Shown piece by piece: positions 10,685 through 24,100 of a DNA stretch of 64,000 bases. The position numbers and the translations under genes are program-made. The stretch comes from Felis catus (lineage: Eukaryota). The stretch is from assembly GCF_018350175.1 (NCBI RefSeq), contig NC_058368.1, positions 92,878,001 to 92,942,000 of the forward strand, in the 5' to 3' direction. The notes under the pieces were generated by a model that saw only the letters and a program-made list of their open reading frames with translations, did no database searches and had not been told where the DNA came from. Numbering within the stretch: the stretch's first letter is position 1; every line of letters starts with the position of its first letter.

Positions 10685-12080
10685 AAAGCAAGATCCTTCA
10701 GTGACACCTGGAGGTAGAGCCAGAGAAAACTGGTTTGCCCTATAAGGACCCAGATTTGCACCTTTGTGGGTGTGGCCTGAGAAACAGAATTCTTAATGTC
10801 TTGTTCTGGGAGTGCTGACTTAAGAGCCACAGATAAAGTCTTGTCTCAAAAGAAGGTACCTGGAACATCTTGGAGGGTGCCTTTGGAGTACCCCAAGGGC
10901 CCTTTTACTCCTAAATTATATTTTTGAACTGTAAAATAAAAATTTTAGTGACCTGCTAAGCTATCAAGTGCCAGTCTAGACAATCCTAGAAAACATAGCA
11001 AGGATGTGTTGGGAACCCTCTGCAAAAATGTGTTGAAAAACTACCTCTTAGCTGCGTCTACAGAGCCATGTTTCTATTCATTATCCTCCCAGAGGGATTA
11101 AGGTTAGGTAAACACAAGGAATAACCTTTGAATCTTCACCCAGTCAGTAAAGTGTTTTCACCTGTAATATTCACAAATAATGACAGTTTTGTGTAAAATC
11201 TCATAAGCCCTATATGCAGCAACTGCTAGACTATCTGTTTCTGTGGACACTCACCATTAAGGCAGTTTGCCTTCCGAATGCACTGGATCATGAGAAGTGA
11301 ATAGAAGTTTCATGGCTATCCAAGAGGTGGGGGAGGGGAGCGGGTACTTTGGTTTTGAAATGATACATCGGTTACCACTTCACCCCCTAAATAAGAGCTT
11401 TTGCAGCTCTAGTGAACTTTCTGGGGTTCTGGGTTGCATTTCCTAAACTTGTACCAGTGCCAACCTTTATAAATGTCTGTCCCAGATGGATTTTTTTCCC
11501 CCTCAACCAAGAACTGGCGCTGTGTGGGCTGGACTGCCATCATGTTATGCTAGAGTGGGCCAAAGGTAACATGCTAGGTTCTGTCCCTTCCCTCTCAATC
11601 AGCAGGGGCTGGGGAATCTGGGAATGGTTGCCAGATGAGGCCAATGAAATGGTGACCGGTGACTTAAGCAGACTCCTGCATCGGGTTCAATATGCCAGGA
11701 TGTGAAACAGAACAAGGTGCTGGTGCCAGGAGCCACAGTGGCTTGTTCAGTGCTTTTGGGTGAGCCATTCCCAGTACGGCTTCGGATGGGGAGTTTCGTT
11801 GCATCATCACCCATCACTGTGTGGCAGTCACTCATCTCAGGATTGGAAAATTCCAGCCCAGACACACACCCAGAGTCACCAAGGCAAAGTATTTCAGCAC
11901 GATCACTTCACTCTCCTCTCTCTCCAACCCCCAGGCCAAGCTGTGGTTCGGTAGGGGAGGAAAGAATTCTGTCCTCTTAGATTCTGCAGTTGGGCCTACG
12001 AATGAAGCTGGTGTAAGACAAACGAACAGAGAAAAACACATGAATTTATGTAATAGTTGTACTTGCACCTGGGAGTCTTG

Positions 12081-12314
12081 ATTTTTTTTGAAAAAAAATT
12101 TTAATGTTAATTTATTTTTGAGAGAGAGACAGAGACCGAGAGATAGAGCATGAGCAGGGGAGGGGCAGAGAGAGGGAGACACGGAATCTGAAGCAGGCTT
12201 CAGGCTCCGAGCTGTCAGCACAGAGCCTGTTGTGGGGTTCCAACCCACAGACTGCGAGATCATGACCTGAGCTGAAGTTGGACACCCAACGGAATGAGCC
12301 ACCCAGACGCCCCC
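12081..12314 (-). mobile_element. CanSINE inside the LTR
   Basis: Reverse SINE; GAGTCTT repeated either side. Confidence 0.94.
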
Positions 12315-12399
12315 ACATCTACGAGTCTTTAGAGGCAGGTGTAGACTCAAACAAGCTGTTAGGTCCATAAGCTTATATCCTTTTTAAAAATTGGTTAAT

Positions 12400-12783
12400 T
12401 TTTAAATATTTTAAAAGTTTATTTATTTTGAGAGAGAGAGAGAGCAGGAGAGGGAAAGAGAGAGAACCCCAAGAATGCTCTGCACTATCAGTGCAGAGCC
12501 CAAAGTGGGGCTCGAACTCACGATCTGTGAGATCATGACCTGAGCTGAAACCAAGAGTCAGACACCTAACCCACTGAGCCACCCAGGTGCCCCAAATTAA
12601 TTTTTTTTTTTTTAGAGAAAGAGTGAGCAGGGGGAGGGGCAGAGGGAGAAAGAGAGAATCCAAAGCAGGCTCCATATTCAGCATGAAGCCTGATATGGTG
12701 CTCAGTCTCAGAACCTTGGGATCATGACTGGAGCCAGAATCAAGAGTTGGACACTCACTCGACTGAGCCAGCCAGCCACCCCC
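12400..12783 (-). mobile_element. Two tandem CanSINEs inside the LTR (12400-12593, 12601-12783)
   Basis: Two reverse SINE bodies; outer duplication CCATAAGCTT. Confidence 0.92.
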
Positions 12784-13388
12784 ATAAGCTTGTATATCTT
12801 TTTACACAAAGACTGATAAGCTGTGGGGACGTGTGACAAGGTAGGGATTTGGGCAGGGGGCACAATTTCCTCATTGTGGGGCAGCGATTAGGAAATATAG
12901 GGGAGAAATTAATGAAAGCTAAGGGTTGTTTTAGTAGGTCCCATTTTGCCACTGACTCTTAGTCTCTGGTGATGAGTATTCTTTTCCTCCTGGGTAGGGG
13001 AGGGCACCTTTCTCATGGGAAATTGTGTGACCTGCTGTGAGGTAGAATGGGAGGTCACGGACCCCTTCCTGCATCTGCAGTTTCTCAAGTGCCTTCTGCC
13101 TGGAATAATATGCCAAAGAGGGGTGTTTGGTGGTGGTGCGTTCTAAACTTCTTCAGTTCCAGACTTCATAACAGGGCAGTGATGGTTCATCCTTCCAGTG
13201 TGAATGGAACAGTGTGGCTGCTGAGGGGGCCGTGCTCCCTGCCTTGTCTCCCATCCCCACGACAGGAAAAGGATCCAGTCGAGAGCCTGGAAGAGTGATC
13301 TTTATCTCAGGTTGATGCTAGGACGGTTGTGAGCTTCCTACTAGCCTCACGATGCTAATTTGCATATTTTAGAAAACACAGCAAGTGG

Positions 13389-13567
13389 TTTTATTTTTTG
13401 GAGGGGGTCGACAGGGCACCTGTGAGTGATGGGCAGAGAGAGAGAGAGAGAAGTGAGGCTTACCCAAAGTGGGGCTCAAGATCACTTGAGACATGAACTC
13501 AAGAACCCTAAGATCATGACCTGAGCCAAAGTCATGTGGTTAACCGACTAAGCCCCCCAGGTGCCCC
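13389..13567 (-). mobile_element. CanSINE (diverged)
   Basis: AGATCATGACCTGAGCCAAAGTC..CCCAGGTGCCCC; CAAGTG..TTTT flanks. Confidence 0.88.
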
Positions 13568-13726
13568 AAAACACAAGTGTTTTGTAAGCCTACCCACATA
13601 GGGGAGACTGTGATTTAGCAGGGGGAGATGTGACTACAAAGTAGATCCAATTCTTCTTACTTTATGGGGTATTGAAATGATAAAGTGATGTTTTGTATAA
13701 GCCCCCTTAAAAAATATCTGACTTCT

Positions 13727-13946
13727 GGGGCCCCTGGGCGGCTCAGTTGGTTGAGTGTCCAACTCTGGGTTTCCGGCTCAGGTCGTGATCCCGGAGTCGT
13801 GGGATCAAGCCCCATTTCAGCTCTGTGCTGATGGCAGAGTGTGCCCAAGATTCTATCTCTCCCTCTGTCTCTCCCTCTCCCTCTGCCCCTCCTTCCACTC
13901 ATTCTCTCTCTCTCTCTCTGTCTCAAAATAAATATGTAAATAAATA
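13727..13946 (+). mobile_element. CanSINE inserted in a MER5-like remnant
   Basis: Long perfect TSD AAAAATATCTGACTTCTGGG. Confidence 0.95.
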
Positions 13947-14244
13947 AAAATATCTGACTTCTGGGTCCTACCCTAGCCCTGCAGAATCAGAAGCTCATGG
14001 TAAGGCCCCTGGAGACTCTATTTTAACAGATAATGGGTGAGGCTAATGTGTATTTGGCCCAGCATGAGTTGCTTGGCCAGATTTTTGGTTGTAAAGCAGC
14101 TGGCCTCCTACCCAGTATGGAAATCATAGCTGTCAGTGCTTCTGCTGCTGCTATTGTTGTTATTAATTACAACTCTAAAAGAGTTATCCAAAACTAGAAT
14201 GTAGGGGCTGCCTTGGAAGCCGATTTTACTGTGGAACATGGCTG

Positions 14245-14430
14245 GGACTATAGCCTGGTGGTTAAGAGCACGGTCTTGGGCGCCAGTCTGCCTAGGATTG
14301 ATTATTAGCTTTTCCACTTAACTAGCTCTTTAACCTTGGGTGAGTGACACTGATTCAGTTTCCTTATCTGAAAGTCAGAGATAAGAAATTGTGCCTATTT
14401 CCATGATGTACTTGTAAAATGACTGTATCT
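14245..14430 (+). mobile_element. MIR
   Basis: GTGGTTAAGAGCACGG..CCAGTCTGCCT..CCACTTAACTAGCT..ACCTTGGG..CAGTTTCCT. Confidence 0.8.
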
Positions 14431-14460
14431 CAAACTTACGATTAAAAAAAGCACACGTTT

Positions 14461-14685
14461 GGGGCACCTGGGTGGCTCAGTCAGATGAGCTTCCAACTTC
14501 GGCTCAGGTCATGATCTCACAGTTCGTGGGTTCGAGCCCCGCATCGGGCTCTGTGCTGATCTCTTGCTCAGAGCCTGGAGCCTGCTTCGGATCCTGTATC
14601 TCCTTTTCTCTCTGCCCCTCCCCCGCTCATGCTTTGTCTCACTCTGTTTCTCAAAAATAAATAAATATTAAAAAAAAATTAAAAA
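14461..14685 (+). mobile_element. CanSINE
   Basis: Head, tail, TSD-like AAAAAGCA.A.GTTT. Confidence 0.94.
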
Positions 14686-15378
14686 AGCAGATGTTTAAAA
14701 AGCTTTTACCGTCTCTGAAATCAGAGCCCATAGACAATCAGTGCTATGTTATAATACGAGGCATTTTTTTTTTCTTTTCTAGTGGTGCACAACATAATGA
14801 TGCTTCTTATAATCAGCACAAGCCTAGATTTAATCAAAGGTGGTAAATTATTTAATCTATGGAAATTGCTAACAACAGTATCTAACTCATTAGCAAGCAT
14901 TCAGAAGGGTAGCTATTATTGATTTAGATCTCTGTGTGTACTTTTTTCTTTTTTCTGGGAGAGGGATGATATTTCAGGTGGATCTTTGGATTTGATATTT
15001 ACCTCCTCTGAGTTTAATTGGAAACCCTCCTTGTGTGTCTCTAAACACAATTGTTTTCAGAATTCATTAATGTCTTTATGTTTTGCACTTGAGACTCTTG
15101 AACTTTCCTCTTGATTTAGAGCAAGACCTTAGGCTTTTCACCAGGAGAATGACTGCTCTGGAAGGTTCTCCATGCTTCCTTCATTATTAGTTGGGTTGGG
15201 TCATAGGTGTTTCACTCAAGGCTCTTAGTCCCAGACCTTCTTGTAAAATAATACTCCTTGTTTCATCCAGATTCTTACATGGACAAGAAAAGGGAATATT
15301 AGGGTCTCAAGGTAATTGAGAAGATTTCAGCTTTTGAGTAGGTATTATGCACATAATGATATTAAGAACACTCTCCTT

Positions 15379-15537
15379 GGGGTGTCTCGTTGGCTCAGTC
15401 AGTTAAGCATCTTAGTTTTGGTTCAGGCCATGATCTCATGGTTTGTGTGATTGGGCCCCAAGTCAGATTCTATACTGACAACATGGAGCCTGCTTGGGAT
15501 TCTCTCTCTCTCTCCTTCTCTCTCTGCCCCTCCCTCT

Positions 15538-15579
<42 letters not shown>

Positions 15580-15616
15580 GATAAATAAATAAACTTAAAA
15601 ATAAAAATAAAAAAAA
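15379..15616 (+). mobile_element. CanSINE
   Basis: Head, long CT tract, A-rich tail. Confidence 0.92.
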
Positions 15617-16815
15617 GGAAGGCTCCCCACCATGCTCGGTAGAACAATGCCCAAAGATATTTCCACCATTAAATGGTGTCTGTAGCACCTATTATAATTT
15701 ATCTCACTTAGAACTGGAAAGGCTAACGAGAAGTATAGTTAATTTTGGAATATGTCACCTAGTGTAAAGTGTATACTTGACCAACTTCCAAAGAAACCCC
15801 ACATATGAGGTGGGTGATAATAAATAGTGAGGTATTTACAGGTCAAAGAGCTCAGAATCTGTCTGAAAGAAATGGAGGGCATAGATGTTTCTAGGCGCTT
15901 TTGTGAAAGATTGCCTTGCTTGTGCAGTAGGTGAGGCTTTATTTCCTGGCAGCTAAAGCAAAAAATAAGTGGACGTGGTTTTGTAGTCTCATTTACCAGC
16001 TAGAGAATGACATCAAATGTATTTGCAGAAGAGAAAACACAGTCTTTGAAGTTAAACTCAAGCAACTACTTATCACATGGGTTTCTGATCTTGGAGAGAG
16101 ATCCAATACATTATCTAAAGCAAGCATTTCCAAGTAATTTTACCGGCTTGCTCCCGTCATAACGAATATATTATGAAATTCATTGAAGTTGTTCCCATGA
16201 GCTGGTAAGTTACAGAGAGAACTCTGAACGGAGTCGTGGCGTATAGTGACCATTTGATGAATCAACCGCACTGGAACCCTTCGGGAGGTAAAAGGCCCCT
16301 GTTGGTAATTATGTCAGAACAGCAGGCGGAAAGGCCCAAATCTCCTGGTGAACACTGGCGTGAAGGGTCACCCAGCACAGGTGGTCCATGCCGTATCCAT
16401 TTCAGACTACAGTTGGTAGGAAATTTTCAGGAGTAAAGTACTATGGAGACAAGGTTTTTGCATAACACGAAGTGTGAGGAAAGTGTAAGCAGAGTCAAAA
16501 AGCAGGGCATTATAGAAGCTCTGCTGATGATTTTTAGGCAATGAAGGCTACACTTTTTTGTTTGTTTGTTTTTTGTATTTTGGTTTTTTTTAAGGTCATG
16601 AATTTGAAGTACCATGGGCGAAATTTATAGGGGATACAGACATGGTACCCTAAATGCTCTCTGGAGATGTCCAAAAAGAATTTTTCTCTGACAGTGTTAT
16701 AATAAATTCAAACTTGGAAAAAATCAACCCAGTGATTAAAACAGGGATAAGTTGGAGTTAGGCTGAATGAATAAGAGCTTGAACAGTTAAGAATTAACAA
16801 ACAAAACAATTCCTA

Positions 16816-16818
<3 letters not shown>

Positions 16819-16866
<48 letters not shown>
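16819..16866. repeat. (GA)n microsatellite
   Basis: Directly visible. Confidence 0.98.
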
Positions 16867-16871
<5 letters not shown>

Positions 16872-18105
16872 TGGGAAGCATTTATTTTGTTGTTTAGCAA
16901 GAGGTATGATTTCTTGCAAAAAAAAAATTGCAGTGGGTCTAACAATGAGGAGAAGATTTTCAGGTCAAATTAGCAATGCTGAAATTTATCATCCTGGGTT
17001 CCGGGTCACAGGAGTGACTTAGGATCTCCGTGACTTCTATTCATGTAATATTCTCCTTATGTGAGCTTTCCTGATAACGCAGGCAGTCTTGCCTAGATTC
17101 CTTGGCTCCTTGTGGCTTTTGTTGTGCCATACAAAGTTCAGCATGTACATTTCTAGTAGAATCCTGCTAAGAGTCTAGGAAAATTCGGAGAAATCTTTCA
17201 ATGCCAGTGTGATTCTCTGTCTTTATTTTGTACGGTCCTGTACAGAGACTGGAAATACCAAGTCTAGTGTGAGCATTTGGGTAAACCCTTTAGTAAAAGG
17301 AATATTATATTATAAACAAGCTTCATTGTTTTAATTGATGCCTCTTCCCAAAGACAGCACAGTGTTCTGTGATCTGTCAGCCTATCTCTCTTTGGATTTA
17401 GAATTGGGACCTTGATGGAGTTGCTTCTTCATGGCTGGAATCTTGGGGTTCTAAGCTCAGCCACATAGGGTCTCAGGAGAACTGGAAGCAGAGAGCCAGC
17501 CCACTTAGTGTTGAGCTCCTCTTCAAAGTTTCTCCGAGACCAGAGGTTTAGAAATGAAAGGCAACTATATCTGCTTCGATGTGTCGGAACAAAATTAGAG
17601 ACATTTTCACTACTTGGATGGAAATGTCAGCTGAGACTATGAAAAGGTAGAGCACACAGGGCACATCTCAGGGAGTCTGATGGAAATGGCATCCAGGAGA
17701 TGGCGAGTAATTGGACCCTATAACTGATATAATGAAGTCCAAGGCCCCTGAAGGAATGCAGGCAAGAGTCTGTGAAATGTGCAAGCAGGATTCAGAGTAA
17801 GTGGCAACGTGGTCTATTTTGGGCCACACTTAGAACCATGTTGGTGTGACCGAGTTGTTCCCACTGTGAGTCTCAGTCTGGTACTAATTGAAAGATGCTG
17901 AATACTTCTCTCCAGCTGTCCAGAGAGCATTCGTTGCTCACCTGCAGTGCTGAGGAGTTTGTGACTCCCCGACCACAGGAAATAAGCAGGTTGCTCTGGC
18001 TTTAAGATTTTAAGGACATATCCAGGCCAAACGGTGTGCAGAAGGTTGATAGGGTTTGATGAGTGAGCCACATTAGCACCAATGTTTAAAAATTGAGTGA
18101 CTTCA

Positions 18106-18318
18106 GGCACTCAATTGGTTGGCTTGGTCAGTTAAATATCCGACTTTGGCTCAGGTCATGATCTTGCAGTTCCTGAGTTCCAGCCCTGCAGTGGGCTCGC
18201 TGCTGTCAGCCTGTCAGTGTAGAGCCAGCTTCAAATCCTCTGTCCCTCTCTCTCTCTCTGCCCCTCCCAGGCTTGTACTCTCTCCCGCCAAAAATAAATA
18301 AAACATTTTTTAAAAAAA
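18106..18318 (+). mobile_element. CanSINE
   Basis: TSD AAAAAT(T/A)GAGTGACTTCA. Confidence 0.93.
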
Positions 18319-18625
18319 TAGAGTGACTTCACAGAAAAATATATAGACTTACACATATTCTGAATAATTGAAAGCTCCTGTAATACTGGTTCCACATGTG
18401 TCCTGGTAGCAATCAGATGGACTGCTTGTAGGAGGGGGCAAGTACTCTTCTACTTGCCACAGGCCTTTTCTCAACACTGAATTATGGTGCCGTCCTTACA
18501 AACTGCCTGCTTGTCCCACTTTTATTGCCCCTTAACCTTTATAAACATTTGATTTGTAACTTTGATCTAGATGGGTGGGAAGCCACCATGACTTAATGGA
18601 AGGTTCAGAGGCTTATAAGCAGGTC

Positions 18626-18839
18626 TTTTTTGTTTTTTTTAAGTTTATTTATTTATTTTGAGAGAGAGTGTGTGTGAGCAGGGATGGGGCAGGGAGAGAG
18701 AGGGAAAGAGAATCCCAAGCAGGCTCCGTGATGTCAGCACAGAGGCCAATGTGAGGCTCGAACTCATGAACCTTGAGATCATGACCTGAGCAGAAACCAA
18801 GAGTTGAATGCTCAACCTGCTGAACCACCTAGGCACCCC
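18626..18839 (-). mobile_element. CanSINE
   Basis: Reverse SINE body and T tail. Confidence 0.93.
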
Positions 18840-19154
18840 TGAAACAGAGAGATCTGGATCTGATTCTTTCTGTGCTATTTACTAATGTGTAACATTGAAC
18901 AAATGACTTCTCTGAGCCCGTTTACGTATGTGTAAAATGAGAGAATGAATGCCTGCCTTGTAAAGTTTATTTTAATATGGATTCAAGAAAACGGATAGTA
19001 AAAAATTTTTTTAAGAAAATCATAAACAAGAAAATATGTGGTATAACATCTGCACAAAACAACTGAATAAAAGGTAGGTGTTATTTTTGCTACTGTTGGT
19101 GTTATTATGATTTGCTGGTTCTTTCTACATTGCTGTTTAAAACAACAAATTATT

Positions 19155-19281
19155 GGGACACCTGGTGGCTCAGTCAGTTGAGAATCCAGCTCTTGATTTC
19201 ATCTCAGGTCACGATCCCAGGGTGGCAGGATCCAGCCTCATGTTGGGCTCCATGCTGAGTGTGGAGCCTGCTTAAGATTCA

Positions 19282-19339
<58 letters not shown>

Positions 19340-19402
19340 TCCCATGCTCCTCCCCCACTCACACTAGCTCTCTCTCTCTCTCTCTCAAATAAAAAGAAAA
19401 AA
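19155..19402 (+). mobile_element. CanSINE with long (CT)n
   Basis: Head, (CT)n, tail; AAATTATT flanks. Confidence 0.92.
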
Positions 19403-19717
19403 ATTATTTCATTAAATCTTTTCTTTGGCAACATTAAAAAAAAAACCTTGTATTTGAAAAGTATGTATTAGATACCATAACATGTGCATCCCAGCTGTCA
19501 GTTATATTTTATATCTTCTCACAATTATATTGTTCTCCTTGATTATTTGGGTTTTTGTTCCCACTCAGAAAATATAGATTCTTCTACTTCTCCTTGAGTC
19601 TGATCTGAGTTTATGTTCTTACATTTAACTGGAGAAATAGAATAATACAGTCCTATAGTTTATTCATGGTTGGGACAATTTTTCTCTTTCTTATAATGCT
19701 TTAAAAGCATTTGTCTA

Positions 19718-19918
19718 GGGGTGCCTGGGTGGCTCAGTCGGTTAAGCGTCTGACTTCAGCTCAGGTCATGATCTCACAGTTCATGTTTTCGAACCCTGCG
19801 TCGGGCTCTGACAGCTCAGAGCCTGCAGCCTGTTTCAGATTCTGTGTCTCCCTCTCTCTCTGCCCCTCCCCTGTCCACACTCTGTCTCTGTCTCAAGAAT
19901 AAATAAACATTAAAAAAA
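19718..19918 (+). mobile_element. CanSINE (left member of tail-to-tail pair)
   Basis: Full head and tail. Confidence 0.94.
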
Positions 19919-19924
19919 TGCATT

Positions 19925-20118
19925 TGTTTTATTGATTGATTGATTGAGAGGAGGGGGTGGGGGCCAGCAGAGAAAAGGCAGACAGAGAAGGAGAAAGAAG
20001 TCCTGAAGCAGGCTTTGTGCTGACAGTGAAAGTCTGATGTGGGGCTCAAACGCACCAACTGTGAGATCATGACCTGAGCTGAAGTCAGATGCTCAATTAA
20101 TTGAGCCACCCAGACACC
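19925..20118 (-). mobile_element. CanSINE (right member of tail-to-tail pair)
   Basis: Reverse SINE; AGCATTTGTCTA at 19706-19717 and 20125-20136. Confidence 0.93.
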
Positions 20119-21179
20119 ACAGATAGCATTTGTCTATTTCACATGTATTTCTTTACACTCCCCAGTTGGGTTATCAAACACGTGTGACAAAAATCAAGAC
20201 AGGAAAAATACAGAGACACATGCAAGAAAAATCAAGACAGCAAAAATCAAGACAGGAAAAAAAGAATGGAGAGAAATAGACAGATAAGGAGAGAAGCTTG
20301 AAATGACAGAAGTTCTTTCTGCCCTTTCTCCCAGCTGAGACCAAAAGGGAACTTGAACAGGGGAGGGAATCCCCACCATGTTCCGGATCCTAGGACAGGT
20401 GGCTCTCTGCACAGATATACTCCTTCCTTGCTTGCTTTTACAGCAGTGAAGGTTACTGTACAAGACGGAGGGGAAACGCACTGTGGAGGGGAAACGCACT
20501 GTGAGGCCCTTGGTTTGATCCCATGCAAGGCTTTCTTTCCTACTTAGCTAACAGAGAGGAGTTGCACTAAGCAATAAAAGTCCATTTATGGCAGGTAAGC
20601 ATCCTAGGAATGCCTCCTTGTACTACGGTGTGTGGGGAGTGGGGGACAGAAGGACTGGCTGGATGAGGAGATGCTTTGATGACAAGCGTGCATGGCCACC
20701 CGAGATGAAGGCAGGGACTAGAAAGAAAAAAGAGCAGGTGGGGCTGTGAGCCTTGCTGACCTGTCCTTGACCCACTGCTGTGTCCGCAAGCACCTTGGCC
20801 AGCACCTGCTTCTCTTCTATAGGCAGGGTCTTTCCTGGTTTGTTGAAGACTGCTTTCATCCAAAAGAGCTCTGCTTCTTTCTGTCTGCAGGGTAGCACTT
20901 CTTCAATAGCCTTTCTGTGCACCCCAAGTGGCCAATAAGATGCTTTTCAATATTTGGTCATAGAAGAAAACAGCAGGGTGTTTTTGTTTTTGTTTTTATT
21001 CCCCTTTGTTTCCTTCCCCAGCAAAGCCCAAAGGCTGCCTTCCATTCTGTCTGGAATGCTGGGGCAGTGAACCTAGATATTTTTCCTGGTGCCTTCAACC
21101 CCTAGAAAAAAAAGTAAGGTCCAGAATGAATCATCAGAGGGGACATAAGGCTGCCTTGTGGGAATGCAGGTCGTGGTGA

Positions 21180-24100
21180 AAGCACACATGGAGGCTGGAA
21201 CTAGTTTCCAACCCGTGCCGAGCAGAAGCAGTGGCAAGAGAGGCAACAGGTAAATGAAAGATCGTTTACCTGGACTGGACTGCTCACCTAAAACTCATAG
21301 CCACAAAACCCCGACAGTGTGGTTTTTCTCATTTGTTGAAAAGCTCTAGGGAAGGATATTTGAAGAGGAGGAGGAGGAAGATCTCTCTCTATTTGCCTTC
21401 TTCTTTCTTCTTATAACTATTCAGACTCTACCCTATTTGCACAATGGGTGTTTCACAGATGGTGAATCTTTTAGAGTGATCTTTCAGGAAGACTTTCATG
21501 GCTGTGTTAGATGGTTGGATGCTTGTTAAATCTTTATTGAGTCCTTATGACGCAATTGATCTGAGAGTCTTGGCAGTCTGCTTGAAGGACTTTTATTTTA
21601 CATCATAAGCAAATGCCTGTAAGGGGACTTCATTAACATGGTTACTGAGGGAGGTCTGAGGATGAAGGCAAAAGAACCCTGACAGCACACGTTGTTCTAA
21701 ATTAATGATAAAGTTTATAGATCTTTTATTCTGGGGTTCACTGGCAAAAAAAATATTTTTATCTAATGAAAGTTTTTTTTTTGGGGGGGGGGAAGAAAAC
21801 CGGAAGTGCATAGCAGTATTTTGCTACAGATTATTTAGGAGAGGCTCCATTGTATAGAAAAGTAACACAAAAAGTCAGTATTTCCCTGGACTCTTTATTT
21901 TTTGAAATAAGCAGATGTTTTATGAAAGACCTTAACCTATTTCTACCTCAAAGAAAAAGAAAAATCTCCCAAAATGCAGTGAGTGTCGGAATCCTGTATA
22001 TGCGTGTATTAGGAAGCTTTATTTTACGGATTTTGAGATTGTGGGGAGCAGGTATCAGCTTCTGTGAAATGACAAATAGTTTTCATTTCTTTAAAACTGA
22101 TATTTAGGCAGAGATCTCGAAAATCCATCCTCCTATAGGTCATTTAATTTCTGCAGATGGCCCTTCTTTAAAAACTCATTTATAGAGCAAGGTGGTCGAG
22201 CTGAAGTGGCCCCCACTATCTGCAGAATGGAGCTTATGTAGAAGTTATCGCAGTAAATATTTCAGAAAAAAATAAGTAATCCTAATAGGTATTAGGTCCT
22301 TTTAGCTTACAGTGTGTTTTTTCTGTATTTTAATAGAGCACTTGGATTAAGCCTTTTCTTTTTCATATCTGTGCCTTAAAGTAGTTGTTGTCTGCCCTAC
22401 ATTGCCAGCTTATCCTTATATCCCTTAATCTCCTGAAACTGTAACTTAAAAAAAAAAAACCTATTTAAGTGAAATGTGTTCATTTACTTGGGGGGAAAAA
22501 TGATCAGCGAGGTTTTCAAAACCCCAGAAAATCCATGCACAATTATGCTGAACGTTCTGATTTCACTATCCTGTTCAGTGGCTACCCATAAGCTTGGCTT
22601 TACCCCAAATAAACCTTAAGTAATCTGATGTATTTATGAGGTTGGATTTACTCGTTCTGGTCAATCAATAAGAATGCATTGGTTGCCACATTTAAAGAGC
22701 GGTTTGTTTGTAGGACTGTGCTTGCCAAATGACAAAGCTTAATGTAGGAAACCTTTTGCTTTAAATGTCGGGTTCTTTTTATTTGGTGTTGGGGGGTGGG
22801 GGCAGGTGTGGTGATAACATTCGAAGGGAGAAGTAAAGAGGCACTTCAGAGAAGCGTCGTGTTTAAAGACCTTTCTCCGTAGACACGTTCTGGAAAGGAG
22901 GAAGAAAACCCAGGTCTATGAGAGGATGCTGAAGGTCTCAAGCAGTGATGGGAAGGTCTGACCGTCTTCACTCTGGGCTATTCCACAGACCTATGTTATT
23001 CTAAGAATCACTTCCATGAGTACCTGCTCTCATTAAAAACCAAAGCCAAATGATCAAAATTGGGAAGTATCTTCAACAAATTCCAAATCCTGCTTTTCAT
23101 ACCCCCCCCACACCCTCATTTCCTAGACTAATTAGGTCTCACATTAGCACATCCACTATTTCCTTAGCTTGACTCTCCAGTTCAAAGAGGAGACTTTGAT
23201 ATTCAAACGGATTATAAAATGCACAAGTACTTTAATTCATCAATAGCAAGATCAAAGCAATTTCTGGTTTCAAATTAAAAATCTAAATAGTCCCCTTTTT
23301 CTCTCCAAAGGATACTTAGTCCTTAGATTGAACTATCCCTGACCCTTCTGGACCTCCTGCTGTTTAATGAATTCAATGGTTAATTCAAACATAGAGGCTC
23401 CTGGGGAGGTGTGGGAGGACCGGAAGAGGAAAGTAAGGAGGAGAATTTGGGGGGGGGGGGGGGTCGGTGTAAAGAGCTCCTGGCTAATGGGGTGAATCTA
23501 ATGAGAAGAATTTGTTGCAGGTAGAAATGAAGTCCTGCTCTCGGCTTCCACAAATCAATGACATTAGTAAAGGATATTCTCTGCGTTGACTCAGAGGTCA
23601 GTAGAAATTCTTAGGGCTAATGTGACCCTGGTTGCATAACAGAAGAACTTTGTCTTAGGGAGGGAATAGTTTTCCAATGCAGACATTCTCTGAATTGTGC
23701 TGTGGTGTCCAGGATCCCCTGGGTGAAGAAGGCTGCCAGGACCAGCAGGGGATCACACTGTATCCATAAACAAGAGCTGGGAGTTTGTCTTGGCAACAAG
23801 CTGATTCAAGTACAGTAAAACCTTGTTTGGGGAGCATAATTTGTTCCGGAAACATGCTTGTAACTCAAAGCAGATTTCCCCATAAGAAATAATGGAGACT
23901 CAGATGATTCGTTTCACAACCCCAAAATATTCCTGTAAAAATGATTACAATACTGTAATATAATACAAAATAATAAAGTACAAAGCATAAAGAAAAATAA
24001 ACCTGCACTTCCCTTTGAAAACCTTCATGGTTGGTGTGAGGGAGTTGAGGGGAGTGTTACTGTGTAGGGTGACTTTCACTATCACTAACGGATGTTGATT

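Larger units (their letters stand above)
11950..13155 (-). mobile_element. ERV1-class solo LTR interrupted by three SINEs
   Basis: Ends ...TTTCTCAAGTGCCTTC..AATAATATGCCAAAG..CTTCTTCA; 4-bp TSD GTTC at 11946-11949 and 13156-13159; similarity to recalled ERV1 LTR text. Confidence 0.7.

Noticed and set aside
13352..13365. Extended octamer ATGCTAATTTGCAT
   Set aside because: A single motif lying in what looks like a MER5-type remnant, with no supporting context.
16195..16215. Strong splice donor CTG|GTAAGT, and isolated acceptor-like sites at about 27887, 33279, 48485 and 51432
   Set aside because: I could not pair them into exons with open frames. Such sites are common by chance.
20189..20260. 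Three copies of a 14-mer as a CRISPR-like or designed array
   Set aside because: Irregular spacing, one pair nearly adjacent, eukaryotic context and no cas genes; simple local duplication explains it.
20623..20922. Protein-like ORF (HRKAIEEVLPCRQKEAELFWMKAVFNKPGK...) with a donor-like CAG|GTCAGC
   Set aside because: It has a non-ATG start, an in-frame stop shortly upstream, no convincing acceptor and no family that I recognise. A tblastn or conservation test would be needed to revive it.
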